Source: Pirellula staleyi DSM 6068 (GTDB lineage: Bacteria > Planctomycetota > Planctomycetia > Pirellulales > Pirellulaceae). Taken from it: a DNA stretch of 32,000 nucleotides. The notes under the pieces are model-generated. The model worked only from the letters and a program-made list of their open reading frames with translations, did no database searches and had not been told where the DNA came from. Each line of letters starts with the position of its first letter. Position 1 is the stretch's first letter. Positions 22,618 to 31,955 of the stretch are shown here, one piece after another. Both the position numbers and the translations under genes were made by a program. Location: the NCBI GenBank assembly GCA_000025185.1, contig CP001848.1:690001-722000 (forward strand), in the 5' to 3' direction.

Positions 22618-25242
22618 TTAGCGTGCGGGGCTGACAGGCGCGATCGCTTGCCGTTCAGGCAGCTTGGGGCCGAGCGCCACGCCAATCCAGCCGTCGTGGA
22701 GCACAAACTGCGTCACTTGCAGGTCCCGGAGTTCGGGAGATTCGGCCAGCTGTTTGTTGACGAGACTCAGCTTGCGATTGCGTGACAAAACGCGGCTGAA
22801 AATGCCACGCAGTGCCACTTGATCGCCGAAGCGGAGTTTTCCACCGATCAGTTCGATCACACCATCGCGGGCCAGGTTGGCATCGAGTTGATCGGAGGTC
22901 GGAACGTAGTAGCCACGGACCGTGAAGTTGGTCCACTTGCTCTTGCCGTGCGACAGTTCTTTGAGACGAATTGTCAGCCGCAAACGGCCGTCGATGCAGT
23001 CGACTTGCACCGGATCGGTGTCGGCAAAAGTGACCATCACATCTTCGGGAAGATCCTCGGGCACAGGCACCACTTCTTGATTGAAGCGGGCAGTCACTTC
23101 CTTAAACAGATCGATCAGATCGACCTTCCGTCCGTGAAGCTTCAGTTGCTCGAGGACGTTGTTGAGCGCACTGTCGTGTACCTGCACACTCAGCAAACTA
23201 TCGCCCGGCGCTTGGGGGCGTGGCGTGTGGGCCGAGACCTGATGGCGGCCTGCCAAACGATAGCGAGCGATGAGGCGTTCTTCGGTCGTTTCCATGTCGA
23301 CGGCGGTGGGATCGAGCTCGAGCTTTTGCAGCGGGCTCAAAAGTTTGGTTTGGAAATCGAGCTTCGCTTTTTCGAGTTTCGCGGCGACTTCTTCGTCGAG
23401 CTTGCTCGTAGCGCGGCCGACGATTTTGTGTTCCACTTCCATTTTGGCGAGCGGCGCAGCGGCGTCGTACTGACTGCGGGCAATCGAGCGGACGAGGTTG
23501 CTCACCAGCGGAATACCGTCGAAATTGGTTTCGAAATCGGTGAGCGAGTTATTGGCGTCGGCCTGGGCTTCGGCGCTGAAAATCCGAATACCTTTGCGAT
23601 CGACCGTCAGCATCTTGCGAGCACGGTAGGTCGACAAACCATCTTGATAGAACGTCGCGGGACCTTTCGACGAAGCGGTCGACGAGGCGACTTCACCGCG
23701 TGCTTCGAGCCCCATCCGCCAGCGCAAACGATCGGGAAGCAGAACGAGTCGCAAGCGTGTGCTCGTGTTGCTCGCCCCTTGAACGTAGGCACCTTGAATC
23801 TGGTCGTACACCGGCTCTTGCATCTGCTGTTCTTGCGGCAACAGACGGTTGATGAGCGTGGCCGAAAGAGCGACCCGCACGTTGGCATTGCGGTAGAACG
23901 CGTTCACCGTTTCGGCGAGTTGGCGAACCCGCTCGTCGTTGGAAAAACGGATGTCTTGGTAGGCGTCGGCTAGTGTAGCCGATTCACTTGCGAGTCCATC
24001 GTGCTCGAACTTTTCGATCGCGAGGACGAGCCCGGCGAGATCGGCAGGTTCATCGGCGAGCAATTTCATCTGCGTGACGAGCTGCTGAACGGCGGGCTGA
24101 TTTTCGAGGTAGTACGATTGATCTTCGGCCAGCTGCGTGGAGTGAATGCGGTCGAGCATCAGCAGCACGAGCTTTCGCTGCTCGTCGACGCTGACATCGG
24201 TCGCGCCGATCTTTTGCAGCGCTTCGTCGATCAGCAAATACTTGCGCCAGCTGGCAGCTCCCTGAGCGGGAAAGAGCCGGTTGACTTCGGTAAGATTCCG
24301 ATTCCAAACCGCGAAATCACCCACTTCGGGGATCTCGGGGGGAGTAACGGCCAGCTGATGCACGACCGACCAAATCGCGTGGCGGCGAACGATCGCATAG
24401 CCTGCACGGAGCAAACGTGTGCGGTCTTCGTTTTCGGGATAGTTGCGGGCGAGCTCTTTCCCTTGCTCGGCATCGGCTGCAAGACCGTTGAGGATCTCAG
24501 CCGCTTGAGGGTCGTCGAGGGTTGGGAGTTTCGCGAGGGCTTCGAGCTTCGCCACAGCGCCGAGCGCCCAATCGGAAGCAGTGGGCTGGCTAGCGGCCAC
24601 CGTTTGTAGTTGTTCGACTAGCGATTTCGCGAGCGCCCAGGGCCCCGTGGAAAGCGTTTCGGCGGCTGGTTCGAGCGGCGCTGCTTCCCCTTCGAGCGCG
24701 CTCGAGGCGGGGAGGAGCGATGGTTGCAGCGACGAGCCAACCGCATCGTCGTCGTTAATGCTCGCGCGGGCAGGTGGAAGCGCCGGAGTTTCGATCAGCG
24801 AAGGATCGAGGTCGATCTGTTCGGCGACCAGAGGTCCGGTGGGAGCTTCCTGAGCTGGCGCTTCGACATCGGCCAATGTTTTGCGAGGGGGAGCGGCTGG
24901 CTCGGCTGGTTGCTCGGCGGCAGGCACAGCTTCAGCAGGCGCTGCTTCCGTGGCTGGGGCACGCATCGGCTGCACGGGCATCGGCACGACAGCGGGGCGC
25001 AGCACTTGGGTGGGGGCTTCGAGCGGCGCGTACTTATGCTCGGGTCGCTCGATGCGAGCTGCGGTTCGATCGGCGCGCGGTGCTGCGGCGCGATCGATCG
25101 AGGTCTCGACCACGCGCGATGCCGACGCACTGCTCTCGATGCGGGCTTGCATCCACGACGGCGCGGGGAGGCTCAGCACGGCAAGTGCAATGGCGATTGC
25201 CAGTAGTGGCCACGAAACTTTGCTCACCAGCCTGGTCATCAT
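22618..25242 (-). CDS. 874-aa N-terminally anchored protein of unknown function (A/P-rich linker plus large conserved-looking C-terminal body)
   Basis: The ATG pair at 25242/25239 gives MMTRLVSKVSWPLLAIAIALAVLSLPAPSW, a signal anchor. About 200 aa are A/P/E-rich. The remaining ~650 aa are a non-repetitive sequence with normal composition. No motif recognised. Confidence 0.78.
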   Translation of the reverse strand: MMTRLVSKVSWPLLAIAIALAVLSLPAPSWMQARIESSASASRVVETSIDRAAAPRADRTAARIERPEHKYAPLEAPTQVLRPAVVPMPVQPMRAPATEAAPAEAVPAAEQPAEPAAPPRKTLADVEAPAQEAPTGPLVAEQIDLDPSLIETPALPPARASINDDDAVGSSLQPSLLPASSALEGEAAPLEPAAETLSTGPWALAKSLVEQLQTVAASQPTASDWALGAVAKLEALAKLPTLDDPQAAEILNGLAADAEQGKELARNYPENEDRTRLLRAGYAIVRRHAIWSVVHQLAVTPPEIPEVGDFAVWNRNLTEVNRLFPAQGAASWRKYLLIDEALQKIGATDVSVDEQRKLVLLMLDRIHSTQLAEDQSYYLENQPAVQQLVTQMKLLADEPADLAGLVLAIEKFEHDGLASESATLADAYQDIRFSNDERVRQLAETVNAFYRNANVRVALSATLINRLLPQEQQMQEPVYDQIQGAYVQGASNTSTRLRLVLLPDRLRWRMGLEARGEVASSTASSKGPATFYQDGLSTYRARKMLTVDRKGIRIFSAEAQADANNSLTDFETNFDGIPLVSNLVRSIARSQYDAAAPLAKMEVEHKIVGRATSKLDEEVAAKLEKAKLDFQTKLLSPLQKLELDPTAVDMETTEERLIARYRLAGRHQVSAHTPRPQAPGDSLLSVQVHDSALNNVLEQLKLHGRKVDLIDLFKEVTARFNQEVVPVPEDLPEDVMVTFADTDPVQVDCIDGRLRLTIRLKELSHGKSKWTNFTVRGYYVPTSDQLDANLARDGVIELIGGKLRFGDQVALRGIFSRVLSRNRKLSLVNKQLAESPELRDLQVTQFVLHDGWIGVALGPKLPERQAIAPVSPAR

Positions 25243-25584
25243 GAAGAAGTACTGCCCATGCGCAAGCGGAAGGTTGCCTGATAAGAGCCGCCGCAGGGCC
25301 CGGGGGGCACGCGACAACTCGCACGTTCAACTCGCAAGCGCCTCACTACCCAGTGGACGCATCGACGACGAGAAGCGGTTCTCTTCGTTAAGATCGGCGA
25401 GATCGTAGTGATCGGTCGAGTTAAGCAGTCGGCACCTTGTCAACTGCTGCAATCGACGCAGCTTCACACGACTAATGGCAAGCAAACCGCCCCAATCGAG
25501 AATTGGCCGCTAGCAGCGAGAAACTATGCCGACCGCGCAAAGATTGCCGAACCGGTAGATAGAAGGGTTCAGCAGCGTGAAGCG

Positions 25585-25944
25585 TTACACCAGCACCGTG
25601 TCGTCGTGCTCGTAGGCCGGAGCACAGCAGCAGAGCATCTTCAGCGGCTGACTGCTGGTGCAGAGGATGCTGTGGATCTTCCCAGGCGGAATCGCGACCG
25701 CGTCGCCGGTGAACACCGGTCGCTCTTCACCATCGAGCCGCATCAGCCCACTGCCGTCGAGGATAAAATAGATCTCTTCGGTGACACGATGAAAATGGGC
25801 GGCTGTCCAGCGTCCGGGATAGACCACCGCTTCCGCGAGACTTTGATTGCGGATGCTCGAATTGCGATGCGCCAGGATCTCACGAATCTGCGAACCATCT
25901 TTGGTAATAAACGGCGTGGTGGATTGGATGTTCACAACTTCCAT
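25585..25944 (-). CDS. cupin domain protein
   Basis: 119 aa. The cupin motifs are G-x5-HxH-like (PGRWTAAHFHRVTEEIYFILDG) and the second motif GDAVAIPPGKIHS. Confidence 0.82.
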   Translation of the reverse strand: MEVVNIQSTTPFITKDGSQIREILAHRNSSIRNQSLAEAVVYPGRWTAAHFHRVTEEIYFILDGSGLMRLDGEERPVFTGDAVAIPPGKIHSILCTSSQPLKMLCCCAPAYEHDDTVLV

Positions 25945-26193
25945 CGAACGCTTGGCCCCCGACTATCATCCGCCCAGAACGTAAAAAGTAATGATCTGCT
26001 GCCTGGCTACGAATCGAAGATGCTGAAGCTCGGTCCACCCGCTCGTTGCGAGTTTCAGCCTGCCTGTCTGGGGCAAGTATAGTCGCGCCGCTAGCCAGCT
26101 AACATCACAGGCGACTGGGATCGGACGCGCGATGTCGAGCACGCTGTGCTAGACAAAAACCGGCGCGAGCCAGGCCCGTCGCATGGCGCGAAA

Positions 26194-27234
26194 CTAGCGC
26201 AGCGTTTCTCCGCTGCGGATGCGAGCCGAGAAATCGGGGCTCTTTTGATAGCGCGTCGCCAGATCGGTGATGCGCGACCGCTGACGCACCGTTTCAAACG
26301 GAGCGCTCGTATCGATCAGCTTCAGGTCGTACGCCAGCCGATCGGCAAACCCGGGAAACAGCACCCGGTAGTCGTGGGGGACCAAACCGGGCGAGATGGC
26401 GTTGATATGCCGCACAATGTTGGTGGTGCAGTTGTTCGACAGTGTGTCGTAGAACTCTGGCTTCTCTTTGAGGCTGTTCACGCGTTTCAGCACATCAACA
26501 AACAGCAGCTGCGATTGGCGCGGTGTCGCGGTGCTGCGGTAGACATAGACATCGCATTCCCGGTAGGTGGTGCGCACCGGAATCAAATCTCGTTCGGTCG
26601 CCAGCACGTACGTCAGCTCGAACTGACCAAACAGCCCGAGCGCGGCGTCGTACTGCTCTCCCTTTTCGAGTCGCACCTCGGCCGAGGCTCCCAGATACTC
26701 GCCATTCTTAAAACCAAAGCTCAGCATCGTGTGGGCGATGGCCCGGTTGTTGTTGAACGGCACCATGATGAAGTCGACCGTTTGCACATCGTCGAGCTTA
26801 TACGTCCGGTCGATGTGATTCACCAAACTGTCGCGATAGGTGAAGAACTCGCAGTCGCGAATGTTGTGGATCGTGATCTTGTCGCCACTGGTTGTGGCAT
26901 ACGGAAGCACCTTCAGTTCGTCGACCCAGTCGGCATCGTTGGTCGGCTGTTTGGCATGCGTGAGCGAAGCGAGCTGCACTTTCGTCGTCTCGAGCGCGCT
27001 GTTGACCTGCTCGCGCGGCGAAGGCAACGTCGTGGGAAGTTTGACCGCCGGCAAACCTTCCGCCGGCATTTCGATGGTCGGTAGACCCAGTTCTTCGAGA
27101 TTGAGAGGGCCTTCGCTCGCCAGTTGCCCACCCGAGCGACAGCCGACCTGCGCCGCGCAGAGCACCAATATCAGCGCGCAGATTCTCCGCCCGAGAGCAG
27201 AAAAAAGTCGGCCGTGGCGCGCAGTGGTTTGCAT
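26194..27234 (-). CDS. DUF4105 (Lnb N-terminal-like) domain protein with signal peptide
   Basis: ATG 27234 gives MQTTARHGRLFSALGRRICALILVLCAAQVGC. FYDTLSNNCTTNIVRHIN contains the conserved NCT motif and histidine described for DUF4105 (PF13387). Confidence 0.78.
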   Translation of the reverse strand: MQTTARHGRLFSALGRRICALILVLCAAQVGCRSGGQLASEGPLNLEELGLPTIEMPAEGLPAVKLPTTLPSPREQVNSALETTKVQLASLTHAKQPTNDADWVDELKVLPYATTSGDKITIHNIRDCEFFTYRDSLVNHIDRTYKLDDVQTVDFIMVPFNNNRAIAHTMLSFGFKNGEYLGASAEVRLEKGEQYDAALGLFGQFELTYVLATERDLIPVRTTYRECDVYVYRSTATPRQSQLLFVDVLKRVNSLKEKPEFYDTLSNNCTTNIVRHINAISPGLVPHDYRVLFPGFADRLAYDLKLIDTSAPFETVRQRSRITDLATRYQKSPDFSARIRSGETLR

Positions 27235-27358
27235 CGAGCGGGAGTTATCAAAACCGCCTTGCGCTGGCAAGATCAGTCGGCTTACTCGAGCACTGGCATC
27301 GCTAGCAGTTTCGACTTTCGAGGCTCCGCGCCGAGCACGATTGACTTATACTGGAGCC

Positions 27359-29077
27359 ATGACCAGTGCAACGAATAAATCGATCTCCGGCATCGAAGCG
27401 ATGGTGGAACTGCTCGCCGGATTGGGTGTCCGCTATGTCTTTGGAAATCCAGGGACCACTGAACTGCCCCTCAACGATCTGCTGGTGACCGACCAGCGGC
27501 TGCAGTACATCCTCGGCCTGCAAGAGGTTCCCGTGATGGGAATGGCCGATGGCTACGCGATGGCCTCGGGAACGATTGGTCTGGTGAATCTGCACATCAG
27601 CTGTGGCCTGGGGAATGCGATGGGCATTTTGTACAACGCCTATCGCGAAGGGACGCCGCTGCTGGTGACCGCCGGTCAGCAAGATCGCCGACTGGCGTTC
27701 GACGAGCCGATTCTTGGTGGCGACATGGTGAGTGTCGCGCGCCCCTGGACCAAATGGTCGGTGGAAGTCAGCCGCGTCGAAGATTTACCCACCGCGCTGC
27801 GTCGCGCTGTGCAGTGCGCGCTCACCCCTCCCACCGGCCCGGTTTTTTTATCCCTTCCGATCGACGTGCAACTCGAGCGGAGCGATAAGCTCGACCTCGC
27901 GCCGATTCGCTTACCCGATTTTCGGGTCCGTCCGCCGCAAGCCGCCATCGCCGAGGCCTCGCGCGTGCTGCTCGAAGCGCGCAACCCAGCCATCCTCGCT
28001 GGCAGCCGCGTTTGCGAGCGGTCGGCTGTCAGCGAGCTCGTCACCGTCGCCGAAATCTTGGGCTGCCCGGTCTACAGCGAACCTGGCACCACGCATGGCC
28101 GGCTTGCCTTTCCGTGCGATCATCCCCTCTACGGCCAAGGCTTGCCCCTCTGGTCCCCCGAAGTGCTCGAACGGCTCGCGCCACACGACTGCATCTTTGT
28201 CACCGGCATGGACCTGATGCGGCTCTACATGTTTCACGAGCCATCGCGCCCCCTGCCGCCGAACATCAAGATCGTGCATCTCGACGAGAGTAGCTGGCAG
28301 CTCAACAAGAACTACGCCTGCGACGTGGCGATTCTCGGCGACACGCGCGAAGGGCTCGCGCTCCTGTCGAGCGAAATGCGGCTGAAGCAAACCTCGGCCA
28401 AGCAAGAGGAACTCCACGCGCGCCGCCAGCGCACTGCAGCGGCGCATCAAGCGGCGCGCGAAAAACTCGAAGCACAAATCGCTAGACTCGAGCCCACGAC
28501 CCCTCTCTCGCCACTGGCGGCCATGGCGGCTGTCGCCCGCGTCTTGCCCCCCGATATCGCCGTGGTCGAAGAAGCGGTCACCACCACCGGCACCACACTC
28601 GAGCGGCTCGGAGCCATCAAAAACACGACCGGCTATTTCGGCCATCGTGGCTGGACGCTCGGCTGGGGACTCGGCGTGGCGATCGGCGCCAAACTCGCCT
28701 GGCCCGATCGTCCCGTCCTCGCAATTCTCGGCGAAGGAGCAGCGCTCTACGGCATCCAAGGTTTATGGACCGCAGCCCGCTATCAGCTCCCGGTCATCTT
28801 CCTGATTTGCAACAACGCCCAGTATCAGATCCTGAAAATCGGCGCTCGTGGACTCGGTCTCCCTCAAGCGCTCGAAGGGAATTTTGAAGCGCTCGATATC
28901 GCCGCGCCCGAGGTCGATTTTGTCAGCCTCGCGCGATCACTAGGGGTCGACTCGATGCGCATCACCTCCGCTAGTGAACTAAGCGAAGTGCTCGCCGCCA
29001 ACTGGAATCGTCGCTCGCCACTGCTGATCGACTTGCCAATCGAGCGCACCACGCAGCCTCGCCTCAATTACGGATAA
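27359..29077 (+). CDS. thiamine-diphosphate-dependent enzyme, benzoylformate decarboxylase-like
   Basis: From ATG 27359: VFGNPGTTELPL, GMADGYAMASG, LLVTAGQQDRR and the TPP-binding motif ILGEGAALYGIQGLWTAARYQLPVIFLICNNAQY (GDG-type replaced by GEG...NN). The protein is collinear by eye with P. putida MdlC. The ORF-track start at 26840 runs antisense through the neighbouring gene. Confidence 0.88.
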   Translation: MTSATNKSISGIEAMVELLAGLGVRYVFGNPGTTELPLNDLLVTDQRLQYILGLQEVPVMGMADGYAMASGTIGLVNLHISCGLGNAMGILYNAYREGTPLLVTAGQQDRRLAFDEPILGGDMVSVARPWTKWSVEVSRVEDLPTALRRAVQCALTPPTGPVFLSLPIDVQLERSDKLDLAPIRLPDFRVRPPQAAIAEASRVLLEARNPAILAGSRVCERSAVSELVTVAEILGCPVYSEPGTTHGRLAFPCDHPLYGQGLPLWSPEVLERLAPHDCIFVTGMDLMRLYMFHEPSRPLPPNIKIVHLDESSWQLNKNYACDVAILGDTREGLALLSSEMRLKQTSAKQEELHARRQRTAAAHQAAREKLEAQIARLEPTTPLSPLAAMAAVARVLPPDIAVVEEAVTTTGTTLERLGAIKNTTGYFGHRGWTLGWGLGVAIGAKLAWPDRPVLAILGEGAALYGIQGLWTAARYQLPVIFLICNNAQYQILKIGARGLGLPQALEGNFEALDIAAPEVDFVSLARSLGVDSMRITSASELSEVLAANWNRRSPLLIDLPIERTTQPRLNYG

Positions 29078-29154
29078 TCGCGTTTAAATAGCGGCGTGCT
29101 CAGCTGGCTCCACCCACGAATCGCCCACGTTTCCCCAACGAATCGAAAGTCTCG

Positions 29155-30264
29155 ATGAATCCACTGCTGCAACTGCGCTCGTATGTTTGGCTCGTCGCGG
29201 CGATGGTGGCGATGGCCCCCAAGATTTCGCGCGGTGAGCCTCAGCTTCTCCCGGCAGCTATCGAGCCGGGCAAAAGCTACTTCAGTCGGCACGAGTATGT
29301 CGAATACATCGCAGGCAACTTACCGCTGGTGATCTCGGTGCCGCATGGCGGGCGTCAGAAGCCGAGCGATATCCCCGAGCGCGTGGAGGGGACACTCGCC
29401 TTTGATCGTAACACCCAAGAGTTGGCCCGCGCGATTGTGAAAGCGATTCACGACAAGACCGGTGGCTGGCCCCATGTGGTGATTTGCAAATTATCGCGCA
29501 CGCGAGTCGACTGTAATCGCGAAATCAAAGAAGCAACCGCTGGCAATCCTTCCGCCACCATCGCTTGGAACGACTATCACAGCCTCATCGAGCACGCGCG
29601 AAAAGGAGTCGGCAAGTCGCATGGGCGCGGACTCTTTATCGACCTGCATGGGCATGGTCATCCGCCGCAGCGTTTAGAGATTGGCTATCTGCTGAGCCAA
29701 ACGCTGCTGCAGCTCGACGACGAGAAACTGAGCGATCCGAAACTGCTCGAGCGATGCAGCCTGCAATCGGTGGCGCTCCGCGGCCGGACCAGCTTCGTCG
29801 ATCTCATTCGAGGGAAGCAGAGCTTCGGGACAATGATGGAAGCGCAAGGCTTTCCCGCGACTCCGAGCGCGAAGACGCCTCATCCTCCAATCCCCTATTT
29901 TCGCGGCGGCTATAACGTCGATCGCCATGGTCGCGATGGCGCGCCGCTCGCCGGATTTCAGATCGAATGCAACTACACCGGCGTGCGCGATACGCCTGAA
30001 AACATGCAGCGCTTTGGCCAGGCCATCACCAGCGTGCTCGAAGCGTACTATCCCATTCACTTCGGAATCGATTTCGCCCCGGCACAGGTCTCTGAACAGC
30101 CCGGCGCTAAGCCTCGAGAAGAGCCTCCGGTGCAGCCCCATTCCCAGCCCGCAGCCACGTCCGCAGCACAGTCTGCCCCGAGCACTCCCGCTGCTACAGC
30201 CGAGCCCCTCGCACCACGCCTGCGACCACGTCTCCGCTCCCGCATGCGTGGCGGCTGCGAGTGA
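29155..30264 (+). CDS. N-formylglutamate amidohydrolase (FGase, PF05013)-like protein with N-terminal signal-like sequence and P/A-rich basic tail
   Basis: LVISVPHGG, FDRNTQELARAI, VICKLSRTRVDCNRE, WNDYHSLIE and GLFIDLHGHGH fit the FGase family pattern. The N-terminus is MNPLLQLRSYVWLVAAMVAMAP. Confidence 0.72.
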   Translation: MNPLLQLRSYVWLVAAMVAMAPKISRGEPQLLPAAIEPGKSYFSRHEYVEYIAGNLPLVISVPHGGRQKPSDIPERVEGTLAFDRNTQELARAIVKAIHDKTGGWPHVVICKLSRTRVDCNREIKEATAGNPSATIAWNDYHSLIEHARKGVGKSHGRGLFIDLHGHGHPPQRLEIGYLLSQTLLQLDDEKLSDPKLLERCSLQSVALRGRTSFVDLIRGKQSFGTMMEAQGFPATPSAKTPHPPIPYFRGGYNVDRHGRDGAPLAGFQIECNYTGVRDTPENMQRFGQAITSVLEAYYPIHFGIDFAPAQVSEQPGAKPREEPPVQPHSQPAATSAAQSAPSTPAATAEPLAPRLRPRLRSRMRGGCE

Positions 30265-30324
30265 AATAACAGCCCCTTGGCACAAATCGCACATCGACAC
30301 TCAGCGTGGCAAGCAGGGGCCTGC

Positions 30325-30530
30325 CCTACTGCTTCGTCAAACGATCAAAGTCAGGCAGCAATGAGCAGGCTTCCATCCAGTGTGCCACTGGGCTCTGCCC
30401 AGTGAGAAGTGTAAATAGGCTCTATGTTTCAGGCAGATTTTTGCCCAAAACATCGGTTCCAGCTTCTGCACTGGCAAAATGCCAGTGGCACCCAAAACAC
30501 GTGACATTGGTCGATAGACGAAGTACTACG
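30325..30530 (+). repeat. MITE-like ~205-bp TIR element, copy B
   Basis: See copy A. The ends are CTACTGCTTCGTCAAACGATCAAAGTCA and TGACATTGGTCGATAGACGAAGTACTACG, matching in about 20 of 28 positions as inverted repeats. The internal hairpin is CACTGGC-AAAAT-GCCAGTG. The element lies between two convergent gene ends (30264 and 30567). Confidence 0.75.
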
Positions 30531-30566
30531 GATCTGCCCCAACACTTTGTCCCGCCTCCCGCCTAC

Positions 30567-31376
30567 TCACTCCCACTCGGTGCGGTTGAACTTGTGGGTG
30601 CCGCTGAGGAAGAGGGAGTCGCGGAGGTAATAGCGGAGGAGCATATCCTGCGCGCTAGTGACCCCGATCCGGGGAGAGCGCGCGAAAGCGCAATTTGTTG
30701 CGCTGTGGCGCGCGTTGGGCGCGTGCCGCGCGCGGACAGCCGAGGTCACGCGCGGCGCGAGCGGGCTGTTTGCACAAAGCGGGGATGCGAGGCTGACAAG
30801 GCTCTCTAGGCTCTCGGTGATCCAGAGCTGCGACCCCAGCAGCAGATCGTGCTTATCGAGCGACCGGTCGATCGCCAGCGCCTGGCAGAGCCGACCAGGC
30901 CCCCGGGCCAGGTCGCGGAGCAACTTCAAGGGGAACTGCGGGGCTCTATCCGGCGTAAGGAACTGGCCGCGCTCTGAATTTCGTGATTCACCCGCATCAG
31001 CCCCCGGCAGGTCGATTCCGCGATGCTGGGCCATGCTGGCGAGCCCCACCAGAGGCTCGATCGCCCGGATCAGAACGGCGGATGGTTTCCCCTCACGCTC
31101 GGTGACGACATTCAGGCAGTGCCGCGCGTGAATGGCGTAAACATAGACCAGCCCGGCCCTTTCAAACATCGTGCTGTTCTTGCGCGTCATCCCTCGACTG
31201 GCATGACAGGCCGGATCGCCGGTCGCTAGGTAGGCTTCGGTCTCGACAATGCGTCCGGCGAGGAGCATGGATCCCAACTGTCCCCTGACTTGGCGGACTA
31301 AAATTTTGCCAAGTAAGTCGCGGGCCACGACTTCTGGTTTTCGGGCAAAAAAATGCTTGCCAAGTGATGTGTTCAT
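30567..31376 (-). CDS. mpg: DNA-3-methyladenine glycosylase (Mpg/AAG family, PF02245) with two insertions
   Basis: FFARKPEVVARDLLGKILV, GRIVETEAYLATGDPACHASRGMTRKNSTMF, AGLVYVYAIHARHCLNVV, SAVLIRAIEP, GPGRLCQALAI and PRIGVT...LRYYL are collinear with bacterial Mpg. At 269 aa it is longer than the roughly 190-210 aa typical of the family. Confidence 0.88.
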   Translation of the reverse strand: MNTSLGKHFFARKPEVVARDLLGKILVRQVRGQLGSMLLAGRIVETEAYLATGDPACHASRGMTRKNSTMFERAGLVYVYAIHARHCLNVVTEREGKPSAVLIRAIEPLVGLASMAQHRGIDLPGADAGESRNSERGQFLTPDRAPQFPLKLLRDLARGPGRLCQALAIDRSLDKHDLLLGSQLWITESLESLVSLASPLCANSPLAPRVTSAVRARHAPNARHSATNCAFARSPRIGVTSAQDMLLRYYLRDSLFLSGTHKFNRTEWE

Positions 31377-31688
31377 CTGTACAAAGAAGCAGGTGACGTG
31401 TGGTCAGGTGTTCAGTAGGTTTTTCGGGTTCGGGGAGATGTTAGGTTGAGGTAAATAGCAGCATGCTGGTACACTCATTGCTAGCACTGAGTGAGTTTTG
31501 GAAGTGGAGAAAATAAATTCGTGGTGAAAGCACAACCTGTTGTGCCATCACGGGGTGGAAAGTCACAACTGGTTGATTTTCAACGAGTTGCGTCTTCACA
31601 CAAACCTCGCGGGAGGGTCAGGCGGCTCGAGGGTGTTGGTCGTAAGTCGTTGCTATCATGCAACCTGCGACTAAAAAAAATGATGCTA

Positions 31689-31716
31689 TTGACGCTTCGT
31701 TTCCGAACACTACAAC
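31689..31716 (+). promoter_or_regulatory. sigma70-like promoter TTGACG-16-TACAAC with an upstream A8 tract
   Basis: TTGACG at 31689-31694, a 16-nt spacer, TACAAC at 31711-31716. An A8 run at 31673-31680 could be UP-element-like. It lies in a ~45% GC non-coding stretch. Confidence 0.4.
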
Positions 31717-31921
31717 AGAACGCCTACCAAGGGTTGTGGCGAGTTTCTTAGACTCCACAATAGATGGTGTACCACGGAGGGTATTTTCCTGCCTTTGCTG
31801 GCCTACCCATCTTACCGTTCAGGATGCTTTTTGACCCTTTCGCGGTTGTCCCGTCCGAGTCTTAAGCCTCTCCCAACACGTTGGTTTTCTATGGTGTCCT
31901 TTTGTATCATTGCATGAAGCT

Positions 31922-31955
31922 ACTTGTCTTCACGAAGAAGCAAGTTCGGTTTTTT
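31922..31955 (+). terminator. weak terminator/attenuator-like hairpin plus T6 immediately upstream of an SD-ATG
   Basis: ACTTG-t-CTTC (31922-31931) pairs with GAAG-CAAGT (31937-31945), loop ACGAA. TCGG and then TTTTTT (31950-31955) follow. The stem is AU-rich, so this is weak. Confidence 0.3.

Noticed and set aside
30320-30540. Looked for target-site duplications flanking the two TIR elements. CTGCCC occurs on both sides of copy B.
   Set aside because: The CTGCCC copies are not directly abutting the element ends (5 nt offset on the right). No equivalent duplication flanks copy A, so no TSD can be claimed from two copies.
31740-31900. The leader contains ACGGAGGG and GTCCGAG, reminiscent of the guanidine-I (ykkC) riboswitch, and CGTTCA, reminiscent of the glutamine riboswitch.
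   Set aside because: The motif order is reversed relative to ykkC, the CTAGGGTTCCG element is missing, and no GGAAGTAGG/AAGGAACGC partner exists for the glnA RNA. Only chance short matches remain.
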